Shown: positions 1 to 10,762, counted from the whole stretch's first letter. The stretch is DNA of 63,354 nt, filler included, from Stramenopiles sp. TOSAG23-3 (GCA_900128585.1; 9 parts of 9 records of this genome joined end to end with filler, not necessarily neighbours in it), one strand, 5' to 3'. The notes: generated from the sequence alone by a model not told the origin. A program made the numbers and translations.

Positions 1-70
<70 letters not shown>

Positions 71-76
71 CTTTCC
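1..76. repeat. (TTTC)n-type microsatellite at contig end
   Basis: Near-perfect CTTT/TTTC tandem run from position 1. Confidence 0.95.
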
Positions 77-640
77 TCAATCCTTCTCGGCCATCCAATT
101 CAATCGAATGTGTCGATAAGGCTGTAAGGCTGTAAATCAATGAAAATAACCGACCTATATAAATAATACTAATTTAAATTAATAACTATGAATTATTTAT
201 AATATACAAACTTAAAAATTAAATCCATTTTTTTATAGAGTCGTGTCTACGAGGATATGATATTAAAATAATAAGCTTCCAAAAACAACGAACAAGGAGA
301 GAGTAGTAGGAGGAGAGAAGAAAGAAAAGAAGAATCGAACGAAGAATGAATCAATATTAATAATGTACAATGGAAGAAGAAGAAGAAGGAGGAAAGGAAA
401 AGAAAGAAGAAGAAGAAGAGCAATATTTAATTATTAATAATAATAATATATATAATAATAGAAGAAGTTAATTGTTGAATTGATTTTAATGAGAATGTCA
501 AGAAGGTTTAACTTCTCACTCCTCCCACAATTCTTTCTTCACATTCCATTACACCCCATTCGTTCAACGAAGAGAAAGAACATTCTTTAGCACGTTTAAA
601 TAAACAAAGAAAATACGAAAACAAGCTAGTAGTAAACGAC

Positions 641-3600
641 ATGGCAGACGAAGATATACTTCCGCGCTTGAAAAAGCTGGAACTTGACCTTGACTCTCGC
701 GACGAGAAGATCGTTGAGTTGCAAAACAAAACGGTCGAACAAGCACAGATCATCGATGAATTGAAGAAAAAATACGATGGTTCTGGAAAGGCAGCCGCTG
801 GGGGGGACGATTTCACCGCCAAAACGTGGTTTTGGACCGCCGACGTCGTGCGCAGCACTTACATTCAATACATGACCAAGAAGCGAGGCCACACGTTCTG
901 GCGCTCCTGCCCGCTCCTTCCACCGAACGGGGACGAGACGTTGCTCTTTGTCAACAGTGGAATGGTCCAGTACAAGCCCATATTCTTGGGAAAGATCCCA
1001 AAGAACCACCCGTTCGAGAAGCTTTCCCGAGCGTCAAACAGCCAAAAGTGCATCCGCGCGGGCGGCAAGCACAACGACTTGGAGGACGTCGGGCGCGACA
1101 ACTACCACCACACGTACTTCGAAATGCTTGGAAACTGGAGTTTCGGCGACTACTTCAAAGAGGAGGCGATCGATTGGGCCTGGGATCTTCTGACCAACGT
1201 CTACGGCCTCCCCGGCAATCGCATGTACGCGACCTACTTTGAAGGCAACGAAGCGTTGAACATGCCCCCTGATTTGGAGGCCAAGAGGATCTGGGGCAAG
1301 TACTTGGACGAGAGCCACATTTTGCCTGGCAACATGAAGGACAACTTTTGGGAAATGGGGGATACCGGGCCGTGCGGGCCCTGCAGCGAGCTTCATTTCG
1401 ACCGCATCGGCGGAAGAAACGCACGCGAGCTGGTGAACATGGACGACCCAGACGTCCTGGAGATTTGGAACTTGGTGTTCATGCAATTCTTCCGGAACGA
1501 CGACCGTTCCCTTTCCAAATTGCCGAAGAAGCACGTAGACACCGGGATGGGGTTTGAGCGGCTCGTTTCCGTGCTGCAGAACAAGCGGTCGAACTACGAC
1601 ACGGACGTATTCGCGCCGTTGTTCGAGGCAATATTGGACCTGCGCACGAAAGAGTGGGTAAAGAAGAAGGCCGGGCCAGCGCCGCTAGCGTACAGGGGCC
1701 GCATGGGAAAGGACGACGTCGACGGCTCCGACACCGCGTACCGCGTCATCGCCGACCACATCCGTACCCTTACGTTTGGGATCACGGACAAGATCCAGCC
1801 GGCAAGCATAGGCCGCGGCTACGTGCTCCGACGGGTGCTTCGCCGTGGTGTGCGCTACGGAAAGCAGTTCTTGAACCTGCCAGATGGGTTTTTCAGCATG
1901 CTGGTAAAGACCGTCGTCCAGACGTACGGCTCGGCGTTCCCGGAGCTCACCGCTTCCGGCAACATGGACAACGTGACGGCCATCATAAAGGACGAAGAGT
2001 CCAGTTTCTTGTCGACGTGGGAAGACGGCGCGAAGCGTTTCAATTCCATTGCGGCGGCAATGCAGAAGGCAGGCAGCACCGTCGTGTCGGGAAAAGAGGC
2101 GGCCAACCTGTACCAGTCCTTCGGGTTTCCTGTTGACTTGACGCGCCTTATGGCCGAGGACAAGGGCTTGACCGTGGACGAAGACGGGTTTGAGAAGGCC
2201 CAGAAGTTGCACCAGGAAGCGTCGAAGGGCAACAAAGCAAGCGGCGATGGCGAAGTCAAGTTGGTGCTGGAAGCCGCGCAAACCAACGAGTTAGAGAAAG
2301 TAATGCAGGTGGGCGGAACGGACGATTCCCCAAAGTACATTCGCGACAAACTCACCATCGACGGGATCGCTGTCCAAGCAATTTTTGACGGGGAAGCCTT
2401 CGTCGAGACGGCCGCCAGTGGGCAGCGCGTCGGGCTTGTGATGGAGAAGACGCCGTTCTACGCAGAGCAGGGTGGCCAAGTGTCCGATATCGGCGAGATC
2501 CGGGGCGCCAACGGGGCCGTATTCAAAATGGAGCAAGCGTTGAAGTTTGGCCCATACGTTCTGCACTGCGGTACCATGGCGGCGGGGGAAATCAGCAAAG
2601 GCTCTGCGGTCACGGGGGCGGTGGACGAGGACTACCGCAACATGGTGTACCCTAACCACACAATGACCCACGTTCTGAACTTGGCGCTGCGCGCCGTGCT
2701 CGGGAAAGTCGGCCAGAAGGAAGTGGACCAGAAGGGTTCGCTCTGCGATTCCGAGAAACTTCGTTTTGATTTCAACTGCCAAAAGGGGTTGAAGCCGGCC
2801 CAGCTGAAGGAGGTCGAAGACATCTGCAACGACCAGATCAAGCAGGCCCTGTCGATATACACCAAGGTCGTCCCCCTCGCAAGCGCGAAAAGCATATCGA
2901 CGCTGCGCGCCGTCTTCGGGGAAACTTACCCGGACCCCGTCCGCGTCGTCAGTGTAGGGAAGAAGATCGAGGACTTGCTTGCTGACCCGCAAAACCCAGA
3001 CTGGATGAAATACTCTGTCGAGCTCTGCGGTGGCACGCACATGGACAACACGTCGGAATCAAAGCTTTTGGTTCTGGTCGAAGAGAGTGGGGTGGCCAAA
3101 GGAATTCGCCGTATCAAATGCCTGACCGGCGCACTCGCGCTGGAAGCAGAAGCGACCAGGAAAGCCTTCGAGCAGCGCATCGTTGCAGCGAACGCGCTGC
3201 CGGCGGACAAGATGGAAGCAGAGGAACGGGCGATCTTTCAAGCCCTCGGATCCCTCGTATGCAGCGCGGCGGCCAAGGCGCAGTTCAAGGACGACATCAA
3301 GAAGCTCACCAAGAAAGTCGTCAAATACAAGAAGGAAAAAAGCGCCAAATTAGGAAAAGTGGCAATGGAAGAGGGCAAGCGGATCGCAGAAGAGGCGAAG
3401 ACGAACGGGACTCCTTTCTGTGTGAACTTGGTAGGCTTTGGCACAGACGGCAAAATCGCAAAGAACGTGCTGAAGGCAATGTTGAAGGCCCATCCAGACG
3501 GCGCATTCATGCTTGTTTCTCCCGATAGCAACGGCAAGATCGGGGCGTACGCTGGTGCGGGGAAAGCAACGTCCAAGAAACTGTCGGCGAAAGATTGGTG

Positions 3601-3739
3601 TGGCGCCCTTTCAGGAAGTTTCGGAGGCCGTGGAGGTGGCAAGCCTGAAAATGCACAGTGGGTTGGCGAACTAAGCGCCGCGACTGCCGAAGTGGTTGTG
3701 AAGAGTTCAACTGAGTTTGCAACGAAGGCAATGAACTGA
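641..3739 (+). CDS. AARS: Alanyl-tRNA synthetase, eukaryotic cytosolic type, with N-terminal coiled-coil extension
   Basis: 1032-aa ORF with TLLFVNSGMVQYK, SQKCIRAGGKHNDL, HHTYFEMLGNWSFGDYFK, DTGMGFERL, editing-site NHTMTH and ELCGGTH, and C-terminal GGRGGGK (DHHA1/C-Ala). Confidence 0.98.
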   Translation: MADEDILPRLKKLELDLDSRDEKIVELQNKTVEQAQIIDELKKKYDGSGKAAAGGDDFTAKTWFWTADVVRSTYIQYMTKKRGHTFWRSCPLLPPNGDETLLFVNSGMVQYKPIFLGKIPKNHPFEKLSRASNSQKCIRAGGKHNDLEDVGRDNYHHTYFEMLGNWSFGDYFKEEAIDWAWDLLTNVYGLPGNRMYATYFEGNEALNMPPDLEAKRIWGKYLDESHILPGNMKDNFWEMGDTGPCGPCSELHFDRIGGRNARELVNMDDPDVLEIWNLVFMQFFRNDDRSLSKLPKKHVDTGMGFERLVSVLQNKRSNYDTDVFAPLFEAILDLRTKEWVKKKAGPAPLAYRGRMGKDDVDGSDTAYRVIADHIRTLTFGITDKIQPASIGRGYVLRRVLRRGVRYGKQFLNLPDGFFSMLVKTVVQTYGSAFPELTASGNMDNVTAIIKDEESSFLSTWEDGAKRFNSIAAAMQKAGSTVVSGKEAANLYQSFGFPVDLTRLMAEDKGLTVDEDGFEKAQKLHQEASKGNKASGDGEVKLVLEAAQTNELEKVMQVGGTDDSPKYIRDKLTIDGIAVQAIFDGEAFVETAASGQRVGLVMEKTPFYAEQGGQVSDIGEIRGANGAVFKMEQALKFGPYVLHCGTMAAGEISKGSAVTGAVDEDYRNMVYPNHTMTHVLNLALRAVLGKVGQKEVDQKGSLCDSEKLRFDFNCQKGLKPAQLKEVEDICNDQIKQALSIYTKVVPLASAKSISTLRAVFGETYPDPVRVVSVGKKIEDLLADPQNPDWMKYSVELCGGTHMDNTSESKLLVLVEESGVAKGIRRIKCLTGALALEAEATRKAFEQRIVAANALPADKMEAEERAIFQALGSLVCSAAAKAQFKDDIKKLTKKVVKYKKEKSAKLGKVAMEEGKRIAEEAKTNGTPFCVNLVGFGTDGKIAKNVLKAMLKAHPDGAFMLVSPDSNGKIGAYAGAGKATSKKLSAKDWCGALSGSFGGRGGGKPENAQWVGELSAATAEVVVKSSTEFATKAMN

Positions 3740-3985
3740 GCAACGATACGAAGGGGACCATGCCTGGGTCGCTCAGTACTTTGATACACAGTGCTTGAAA
3801 AAACATTTAAATTTTCTTAAAAAACATCGTATCTTACGAGGTCCGCTTAAATTATCTACGTAGTCTCTTTATATGACAAGCTTACCGTCGTACACGCCAT
3901 TTTAAAAAAATTCAAGCATACACGCGCCTAGGGACGGCAAATTTGTGCGCAGCAAGCCCTTGGGCGGTTCTCTTGAAGCTTGGTC

Positions 3986-5503
3986 TCACCCCCTCGAGCT
4001 GAGCTTCTCTTCGTTTTGGCCAGCGCGCTTACTTTTATCCATCTCAAACATCAACCGTTTTACCTCTTTCACAAGCACTCTCTTCTCCGCCTTTAACTTC
4101 CCTGCAAGTTGCGCTTCTTGCCGAAGCGTGTTTACCATGTCTTCGTACATGCTACGCTGCGACTTCATTTTCCTTTTCATGGCCCCCAGCTCGATCTTGA
4201 TGTTCTCGGAGTCCTTTTTCCCACGTCTCATTTCAGCTTCCAGCTCTCGGACTCGGCCGTCCAAGAATGATATAACCTCCCGGTCTGCACTTGACTGCTG
4301 CTTAGCAAACTTTTCAGCATCTTGGGCCTTCGACAGTTCCAGCTCTTTCCGTTTCAAGTTTCCTACTAAAAAGTCTTTGACACTTCCCTTCGCCTTGAGC
4401 TGGGACGACAGGTCCTCGCGCTCACTTTGCAAGAGGCGAACTTTCTGCTCTGCCATCTCTAATTTTTTCCCCAGAGAAATGATACGCTGCATGTCTTGGG
4501 AGGACAGTTTGCTCTCTTTCCTGAGCGTCTCTACGATAGTGTTCGACGCAAAGGCAGAGTTGTTCGAGCCCGCCGGTTTCGCGTTCACGGTCCTGGAGCG
4601 GTTTCGGATCAAGTTGCTTGGGTTGAACGAGGAGATCCCAAAGTTAGAGGTGGACTTCATCGCTTGCTCGTATGGCGGCGGCGGCGGAGGCGGCGCCCCA
4701 GGGGGAGTTTCGAACCCTTTGCTGACTTCGTTCTTGCCCGGGCCCTCTTGCACGGTGGAAAAATAACCAGGGGGGTCGGCTGGCGCTGCTTTGCCCTCGT
4801 TACTGAAGCGCTTATCGCCAGGGTGAAAAAATTGAAAGTACTTCTTGCCTGCGGCGCTCATGCGGCTGACGTCTTCTTCTGCAAGGCACTTTTCTACACG
4901 GGCAAGCACGTTGTCCTCACCGAGCAAACCCGGAAGACCGCTGGAACTCTCCCCCTTATCCTCCTCTTCAATGACCAAGCTGCGCCTTGCCTGCCTTAAA
5001 CTGCTCATGTCTTCCCCGTACGATTGACGCCTATTTCTCTTCGTGGTTGCCTTCAGGGCGTTCTTCTGCTTTGTCGGGGTCCCGGCGCTTGGGCTTAGGT
5101 ACTGCAGCGACTGGAGCCACTTCGACTTTTTAAGCACGCTTGCCCGCAGGGCCATCGTCTCGGCTTTGTACCTCTCCCCCTCCTTTAGCTTTTCAATGAT
5201 TTCTCCCACTTCTATCTCAAACCTATTCCGTAGCATCTGCGCTTCTATCTTGTCCCGTTGCCTTTCCTGCAAGTAACGGTGGCCGTCAGCCTCTAACTCT
5301 GCAATTTTATCGTTCGCAACTTCTAATTTCTTTCGTACCGAGCGCAGCGCACTCCTAGTCTCCTTCAAAATGTCATGGTCGTGGCGCTTTTCCACCTTTG
5401 AAACCACGGAGTCCAACACCTGGGCCACTTCGTCCAAGCGCAGGTAATCGTCAACTGCACTTTTGAGCGAAGCACCTAAAAATCGTTGCAAGTGGGCGGC
5501 CAT
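3986..5503 (-). CDS. Coiled-coil protein with poly-Pro tract, function unknown
   Basis: Long ORF (first ATG 5503; the ORF track starts at GTG 5542) with heptad-rich N- and C-terminal segments, PPPPPPPY, and a C-terminal KRVLVKEVKRL motif. Confidence 0.8.
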   Translation of the reverse strand: MAAHLQRFLGASLKSAVDDYLRLDEVAQVLDSVVSKVEKRHDHDILKETRSALRSVRKKLEVANDKIAELEADGHRYLQERQRDKIEAQMLRNRFEIEVGEIIEKLKEGERYKAETMALRASVLKKSKWLQSLQYLSPSAGTPTKQKNALKATTKRNRRQSYGEDMSSLRQARRSLVIEEEDKGESSSGLPGLLGEDNVLARVEKCLAEEDVSRMSAAGKKYFQFFHPGDKRFSNEGKAAPADPPGYFSTVQEGPGKNEVSKGFETPPGAPPPPPPPYEQAMKSTSNFGISSFNPSNLIRNRSRTVNAKPAGSNNSAFASNTIVETLRKESKLSSQDMQRIISLGKKLEMAEQKVRLLQSEREDLSSQLKAKGSVKDFLVGNLKRKELELSKAQDAEKFAKQQSSADREVISFLDGRVRELEAEMRRGKKDSENIKIELGAMKRKMKSQRSMYEDMVNTLRQEAQLAGKLKAEKRVLVKEVKRLMFEMDKSKRAGQNEEKLSSRG

Positions 5504-6016
5504 CTCCGACACAACAATAGGGGCACGAACAAACGGACGCACGCACGGACGGACGGACTAACAAACTCAACTCAATCCAACCGCACAAAACTACACGAGA
5601 AACCGTTGAAGAGTGCAAACCAAGAACAAAGTAACCTTATGGTATGAAAACAAATTTCAGTAACAAACATGTATTCATGATTCATTTAAAATATAATAAC
5701 CTTGGTAATCATCACGTTCTTTGGTTCTTCGTCCTTCGTACAAGTTGGGATGGGCCGATGGGCCGATGGGCCGCGGGGCCTTCAATCAACAAAATAGATA
5801 GATTTAATACCCTAATTATAACATTAATACATATGAAATAACTGATCGATGCGATGCACATATAAAAACTGATCCGATCCAATCCAATTAATACAACTTT
5901 TATGAAAGTGAAACGAAGGAAAAGAAAGAAAGTCATGCTGGTCCTTTTTTTTCTTTTTGTGCGGTCGTCGTCTATCTGTGCGTTTGTTTGTGTATGCGCA
6001 TATAGAACCATATAGA

Positions 6017-7501
6017 ATGTTGGTGTCGTCGTGTGTTCCCCGGTGCCTTCTTTTGTTGGTTGGACTAGTGCTGGGCGGGGAAGGGGGTGGTAATGTGGTT
6101 TTGGGGAAGGTGCTGAACCTTCCGCCCGAATACCAACGTGCGTACGACTTGATCGATGTGCAAGGAAAAGCTCTGGAAGCGTTTTCCACGGTCTCTTCCT
6201 ACATTTCTTCCCAAGAGAAGAAGGGTGTCGAGATAGACCCTGAAATGTACGGTCGCTACGCGGAAATGTTTGTGCGTTTGGGAGGGTCCCACTACGGCGA
6301 CCGGAACGTCCGGGAGGAGGAAGTTCGCGTAGCTCGTGCCGCCCACATTTTTCTCGAGCACTCGCAAGCCGGCGATCGACGCAACGCGGCGCTGGCTCTC
6401 CAGGTGCAGTCGGACGTGATGCTCGCCACGCGAAGGGTGGAAGAGGGGGCGGCGTTGAAGCGGCACCTGCACAACGAATTTCTCGACACCAAACGGTCGT
6501 TCGAGTGCCCCGCTCACAAGTCTACGAATTTTTCCGTCGTGGAACGGGTGACGCAAGACGTTCAGCGCAGCATCGTGGGGGGGGAGGAGGTGGAGGTCTG
6601 GAACTTCGACGATTTGTCGTTCGAACGTTTTGAGGAACGGTTTTTGAAGCCACGGGCTGTTGTAAACGTGCGGGGGGTGACAAAGAACTGGCCGGCGAAC
6701 GACCTGTGGACCTGGTACAGGCTCCCCGACCTGTTCCGCGAGGTCGGAAACTTTCCGTCGTGGTGGAACGCCACGTTTTGTTCCCAGTCGTACATCAGCT
6801 CTGATTTTTTTGAGCTTCACCCCGAGCACCTGAACGGAAAGTACACGATTCCCCATTACTTCGACAAGGACGAGGACATCAGCTATGTGCTCGGGCGCCG
6901 TTTGCGGCTGCTGTACTCCAGGTTTATGGTGTTTTCCCACCGGGGGGGCGGGGCGGGGTTTCACAAAGATGCATACGACCAGTCGTTTTGGAACATCTGC
7001 GTCTTTGGTCGGAAAAAATGGATCGTTTTCCCCCCTGACTTGACGCCGGAGGAACTGTTCATGGTCTCTGGCCAATTTTTGAACCCCAACGCGGTCGACG
7101 ACGTCCCGTTGGGCCAGATCGAATGGTTTCAGAAGGTCTACCCACGTTTGCCATTTTGGAATATATCGTGGTACGAAGTGGACCAGGGCGAAGGGGATAT
7201 GATTTACATCCCTGCGGGAGGGTTCTGGCACTCCGTGATCAGTTTTACAGACACCGTGTCCATTAGTTTCAATATGTTGAACAAGTACGACTACAAAGTG
7301 TCTATGGCATCCCTGTGCAAACGGGGGGAGAGGCTAGGCGATTCCATCCGTGCATGCAACATTTTGGGAGAAATGAAGCCTCGTTGGTTTGAAGATTCAT
7401 GTTGCGCGCGCTTCGTAGAGCACCCGGAGGATTTCCCTTTCATGGACCCGCGGCACCATGTGTTTCCTGGGCTAACGACGTCCGTGGGGGAGGTCATTTG
7501 A
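6017..7501 (+). CDS. JmjC (2-oxoglutarate/Fe) hydroxylase, JMJD6/JMJD8-like, with signal peptide
   Basis: Metal ligands FHKD...WHSV, GRKKWIVFPP, QGEGDMIYIPAG; hydrophobic leader MLVSSCVPRCLLLLVGLVLG from ATG 6017. Confidence 0.88.
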   Translation: MLVSSCVPRCLLLLVGLVLGGEGGGNVVLGKVLNLPPEYQRAYDLIDVQGKALEAFSTVSSYISSQEKKGVEIDPEMYGRYAEMFVRLGGSHYGDRNVREEEVRVARAAHIFLEHSQAGDRRNAALALQVQSDVMLATRRVEEGAALKRHLHNEFLDTKRSFECPAHKSTNFSVVERVTQDVQRSIVGGEEVEVWNFDDLSFERFEERFLKPRAVVNVRGVTKNWPANDLWTWYRLPDLFREVGNFPSWWNATFCSQSYISSDFFELHPEHLNGKYTIPHYFDKDEDISYVLGRRLRLLYSRFMVFSHRGGGAGFHKDAYDQSFWNICVFGRKKWIVFPPDLTPEELFMVSGQFLNPNAVDDVPLGQIEWFQKVYPRLPFWNISWYEVDQGEGDMIYIPAGGFWHSVISFTDTVSISFNMLNKYDYKVSMASLCKRGERLGDSIRACNILGEMKPRWFEDSCCARFVEHPEDFPFMDPRHHVFPGLTTSVGEVI

Positions 7502-7813
7502 AACACCATACAGGGTATTGTTGTGTTGTAGATTGCCTGGATCTGCCCAGAAACTATTCTGATAGTCTTGGCATAAGGTGACCTGGTCGTATGGTCGCGT
7601 CAAACATATTTATATATGATATTTAAATCAGCCTTTGACGCTTTCGTATCATAAAACTTTGAACGCAAAAAAGCTAAGAATTGCTCGTACGTAAATTACA
7701 TATATTAAATTACAATTTTTGCCTTTCCACCCTTTCCCTTTCCCCTTCCTCGCGCGTGCTTCTTTTTTCCCCACCCCCAATTCGCCACGTGTGGTTGGAC
7801 TGCTAACATACTA

Positions 7814-8557
7814 CTAGCCCAACGTTCTCGAGGCAATAATGTCGAGCTGCCGGGCCATGACGTTCTCCTTCAAAATCTTATGGACGTCCTTGCACCCGCT
7901 TATCCCAATCTCTACCATTCTTTTAAACACGTCCATTTCTATCCGGCTTGCCATTCGCAAGAACACTATCCGCCCGGTACTCGGGAGAATCCCAAGCTCT
8001 AACTGGGGCAAGTTTGCGCTGGTCTCAAAATGGTTCAAGTCCATCAAAAAGTGGCCTTCGTAGTACCCCGTCGTCGTCGCGGTCACAAAGTCGGCGCACG
8101 GGACACCCGCGTGAATAAGGGCCAACGAAACGGCGTTCAAGGCACTGCACAGTTCGCCCCCATCCGCCTGCAAAACTTGGACAAATATATTGATTTCCGA
8201 ACCCGGGAGTAGGTTGAGCTGTATCACGTTTTGAAAAATTTCTTTTATTGTATGCGACTCGCTGCTTTGCCGACGGTCGTAGGAGGTGGTCCGGCGGTAC
8301 CCCGTGCGCGCAAACGGCGCAACCGTGTAACTGCACGTCAAGCTTGCCTTTTGAGACCTATTTCCACCTTTGCTGCTGGGAACTTTCGGGCCACTAATGT
8401 GCGCTAAGATTTTATTTTCACCCTGCTCAAAATACACCGAACCGTCCGCACCCTCGACTGCTCCTAGCCGTACATTCGTCTTTCGCGCCTCCTCCGCTTT
8501 TCTCCCATCCCTGCGCAACTTTGTTATCGATATTATTTCCCTGCTTAAATTCGACAT
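7814..8557 (-). CDS. RRP41: Exosome complex subunit RRP41 (RNase PH domain)
   Basis: RRDGRK..E.R, ADGSVYFEQGENKI, INIFVQVLQADGG, NAVSLALIHAGVP, MDLNHFE; 247 aa. Confidence 0.92.
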   Translation of the reverse strand: MSNLSREIISITKLRRDGRKAEEARKTNVRLGAVEGADGSVYFEQGENKILAHISGPKVPSSKGGNRSQKASLTCSYTVAPFARTGYRRTTSYDRRQSSESHTIKEIFQNVIQLNLLPGSEINIFVQVLQADGGELCSALNAVSLALIHAGVPCADFVTATTTGYYEGHFLMDLNHFETSANLPQLELGILPSTGRIVFLRMASRIEMDVFKRMVEIGISGCKDVHKILKENVMARQLDIIASRTLG

Positions 8558-9118
8558 ATTTCGAACAAACTCTCACTCTCACTCTCACTCTCACACACTA
8601 CTGACTATTCAATAAACGAGGTAACTTCTGATCTATTTTTTTATAAAATACAAAACATGCGATATCTTTATAGTCGGTCTAATTGTTACTTGGTTATACC
8701 AATTAATAGAAGATGTGACGAACGACTCATTCACTCACTCTTCTTCTTCTATCTTCTTCTTCTATCTTCTACTATCTCTAAAATACTCTTTCTCTCTTTC
8801 TTCTCGTCTCTCTTCTTCTCTCTTCTCTTTCGATGGTCGATGGTGGAGGAAGGAAGAGGAAGGAAGGAATATTACTAACTGTGTAGCTATTAATTAATAT
8901 TAATATCAATATAGCGAAATATTTTGTGGCGAAGAAGAAAGAGAAGAGCGAAGAGCCATAGAGCCATGGGAGAAGATGGATGAATAATAATAACGTTTTT
9001 TTAAAAAAAGAATTTATAAAAAAAAGCGAACTTTTCTACACAGAGAAGTTTTAAAGAAATTTTAGTGAAAAACTAAAATCCTAATTACTCTATATAACAG
9101 CCAATTTTCTGGTTTAAA

Positions 9119-10762
9119 CTAAAATCCACTCCCCACTTTTAAACTTTTAGTCCTCCCAAGTTCCCCGGCGTCTTCTTTTTTGTCATCGGTGACCACGACC
9201 CCCGTGTTCTTTCCTTTTTTTCTCTCTTTTTGCATGGCAATGTATTCGTCATCCCTAATAAATTTAATAGGCTCTTTTGCCAAATCCATTGCATCTTTTG
9301 TAAGCCCTAACGAGGAGAACCCTTTCCCCTTTTTCTCCTCGGTCAACCGGCGTATTTGGAAGAGGTTGCCTTCCTTCGGCACCCCCTTTACTTTCTCAAT
9401 GACCCAGCACACCTCGAAGTCATTGAAGTGGGTCCGTCCGATCCACAGGATTTCCCCTTTCTTGTTCTTGACAGTTCTCATGCCGAGAACAAATTTGGTC
9501 CCGGTCCAATGTTCCAGTGCGACAAGGCTCCCAGTCCGGGAGTGCTCTTGGAAATACACCGTCCACTGCACGTTAGTCGTTATCGGTACGCCGTATTCGT
9601 GAACGTGCAACACCATCGAGGCCGTTTCGAAAAATTCAGCAGTGTTCGGGTCCATGTCACCGACAAAATCGCGAACAATTTTAAACCGGAAACACACTGC
9701 CTGCAACGTGGCCTTCAGAAAGGGAGTTACGAATCCACCAAAAGTTGGAAAAACGATCGACGTCGTGATCGCAGAGCACAGGACGAAAAACCCGTATTTG
9801 TAAACCTTCATGTACGACATCAGCAACCACGACAGCCAATGCTCGTCCCCGGCGGCCTCGGAGTCGTGCTCTTGCACCATCGCAAGCTTTTCTTTCGCCG
9901 CGTTGAAATCGGGGTTCAGGTCAAGGGCGCGTTGGTAGTATTCCACAGCCGCCGCGCCCTGTTGGGCCCGTCGGTGTATTTCAGCGATTTCGTACAGGTA
10001 AAGGCTGCTACTGGGGTGCAGTTCGCTGGCTTTGCGAAAGAGTTTCTCGGCGTCTTTGGCTTTGCCCTGCTCCCGGAGAATAATACCCCATACGGACACT
10101 GCGCGCTCCTTGAGCACCTCGAGGGAGTACGCCTTCCGCACGCACAGAACAGCGCGCCTATAGGCACCGACGCTCCCGTTCATGAGTGTCAGGTGGAGCC
10201 ACAGCTCTGCCACCTCTTTCTCGTTCCCTGACGAGGGGTTTATTTTTCCGCGGTACGTTTCCGTGAAGATTTTGTGCTCCAGCTCCCCCCGAAGCTTTTC
10301 CATAAGGCTCTCCCCCTCGCCGAGGGCTTCCATGTGCTCTTTCCAAGTCTTCCCCGACCAATCGGCCAATTTCCTCAGCACGATCTTTTTCAGCCGTCCC
10401 GTCTGTTTGGTGTGGCGCCGTTTCTTCCCTTTGTCCACCTGCGACGGGAGCAGCCTATCGAAGGGCGTGTCGACAAAGAAGTGCAAATCGTGCGTCTCTT
10501 CGTAAATGTTCGAGGGCGTCCACCCAACCGTTTGCTCCATGTTCCGAAAAATTCGTTCCTCTTCGATCGGGTTTTCGTACCGCGGCAAATGCATTTCTAT
10601 GTTGTCCAGAACAAAGGTCTCGGGGCTGCCGAAATCTGCCATTTGTTGGCGGGCTTGAACCGACGGGCTCGCCCTCAGGGAAAGCGCCATCATGCCCACC
10701 CAAACGAACCCCATGGCACAGGACCGAGACAATCCACCATGGAAAAAGTTCGGCATTGCCAT
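9119..10762 (-). CDS. TPR-repeat membrane protein (leader peptide, TPRs, transmembrane segment)
   Basis: Hydrophobic leader; TPR-like helices (WGIILREQGKAKDAEKLFRKASELHP; AAAVEYYQRALDLNPDF); hydrophobic YGFFVLCSAITTSIVFPTF segment. Confidence 0.8.
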   Translation of the reverse strand: MAMPNFFHGGLSRSCAMGFVWVGMMALSLRASPSVQARQQMADFGSPETFVLDNIEMHLPRYENPIEEERIFRNMEQTVGWTPSNIYEETHDLHFFVDTPFDRLLPSQVDKGKKRRHTKQTGRLKKIVLRKLADWSGKTWKEHMEALGEGESLMEKLRGELEHKIFTETYRGKINPSSGNEKEVAELWLHLTLMNGSVGAYRRAVLCVRKAYSLEVLKERAVSVWGIILREQGKAKDAEKLFRKASELHPSSSLYLYEIAEIHRRAQQGAAAVEYYQRALDLNPDFNAAKEKLAMVQEHDSEAAGDEHWLSWLLMSYMKVYKYGFFVLCSAITTSIVFPTFGGFVTPFLKATLQAVCFRFKIVRDFVGDMDPNTAEFFETASMVLHVHEYGVPITTNVQWTVYFQEHSRTGSLVALEHWTGTKFVLGMRTVKNKKGEILWIGRTHFNDFEVCWVIEKVKGVPKEGNLFQIRRLTEEKKGKGFSSLGLTKDAMDLAKEPIKFIRDDEYIAMQKERKKGKNTGVVVTDDKKEDAGELGRTKSLKVGSGF

